A DNA stretch of 64,000 nt from a virus, in IMG/VR virus record IMGVR_UViG_3300025289_000026, positions 14,503 through 78,502 of that record. One strand, 5' to 3'. Under the pieces are notes generated by a model. That model did not search any database, was not told the origin of the DNA, and worked only from the letters and a program-made list of their open reading frames with translations. A program made the position numbers and the translations under genes. Positions 63,569 through 64,000 of the stretch are shown piece after piece; positions within the stretch are counted from its first letter, which is position 1, and each line of letters opens with the position of its first letter.

Positions 63569-64000
63569 ACCGCTGCATCGATGGAAGCCTCCACCTGATC
63601 CCAACGCCACCACCGACGTCCAGGTGGTGGAGCAACTTCCATCTAGCCTTGCGGTCAAGATCATCCGGCTGCGGGATGGCGGCGGGATGCCCTTCACCTT
63701 TACCCGCAGGCCGTACCTGTATCCACTGTACGACCGATGGCACAAGCGCATGGTTGTCATTGGGGGCCGTCAGATAGAAAAAAGCTCGTTTTTATCAAAC
63801 ATGATGCTACTCCCTGCGGTAGCGCAACTCGACGGGCTCCGGGGATTCCGAACCCTGTACGTCGCGCCAACAGACAAGCACACCCGGACATTCGCCTATG
63901 ACAAGCTCGACGGCACCCTACGGGCCAGTCCCCTGTTGCGCGAACTGTTGGGCAAGGAGGTGGTGGATAACCTGTACCACAAGGAGTTCTCCAACGGCTC
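63534..64000 (+). CDS. terL: Terminase large subunit (GpA-like), 3'-truncated; start uncertain; absent from the supplied ORF track
   Basis: Own translation: FTFTRRPYLYPLYD..MVVIGGRQIEKSS..TLYVAPT..KEFSNGS, open to the window end. Confidence 0.8.
   Translation, partial: MREPRSWQESPKPLHRWKPPPDPNATTDVQVVEQLPSSLAVKIIRLRDGGGMPFTFTRRPYLYPLYDRWHKRMVVIGGRQIEKSSFLSNMMLLPAVAQLDGLRGFRTLYVAPTDKHTRTFAYDKLDGTLRASPLLRELLGKEVVDNLYHKEFSNG

Larger units (their letters stand above)
1..64000. mobile_element. Segment of a large tailed (myovirus-like) bacteriophage genome
   Basis: Baseplate, tail-fibre, portal-like and terminase genes plus a phage-type replisome and own RNAP; tightly overlapping ORFs; no host genes or integrase in the window. 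Confidence 0.93.

Noticed and set aside
1-64000. Many long antisense and alternate-frame ORFs in the track (e.g. 4044-5108, 12962-13852, 32064-33020, 48337-49287, 58027-59076)
   Set aside because: Shadows of GC3-biased real genes, with no motifs or ribosome-binding sites.
1-64000. Stop-codon reassignment
   Set aside because: Genes are long and tile densely in the standard code; TAG, TGA and TAA all end genes.
1-64000. Impression that palindromes (GATC, CTCGAG, CCCGGG, GTCGAC) are abundant
   Set aside because: Cannot be separated from codon bias without a Markov-corrected k-mer count.

Overview
The window is a 64-kb, gene-dense, GC-rich segment of a large tailed phage genome, probably with a contractile tail. 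No host housekeeping context, tRNA, rRNA or CRISPR array was seen. It has three blocks. (1) 1-30884, mostly + strand: holin-like membrane proteins, Ig-like virion proteins, a baseplate cassette (gp25-like, baseplate J-like, wedge, tail-collar-like) and a 2686-aa beta-helix tail fibre. (2) 30933-46648, - strand: replication and recombination genes (SF2 helicase, UDG-like Fe-S protein, DnaB, DnaG, Zn-rich SSB-like protein, intein-containing PolA, HU-like protein, RecA, resolvase-like and Cas4-like nucleases, UvsY-like protein). (3) 46638-64000, + strand: probable portal, a single-chain fused beta-beta' RNA polymerase with two inteins, a baseplate spike-like protein, K-x-A-rich proteins and the start of the large terminase. 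The most unusual feature is the second RNAP intein. It sits directly after the catalytic DFDGD motif, starts with Gln, lacks both conserved His residues, fits none of the three described splicing classes, and carries an apparent internal -10/SD/ATG. Other notable signals are a K-x-A motif enriched in putative head proteins, non-canonical P-loops in all four NTPases, a degenerate UDG, nested or antisense zinc-ribbon micro-genes, candidate leaderless promoters, and a ~45-aa module repeated across five tail proteins. All functional calls come from motifs recognised by eye; no database search was run.
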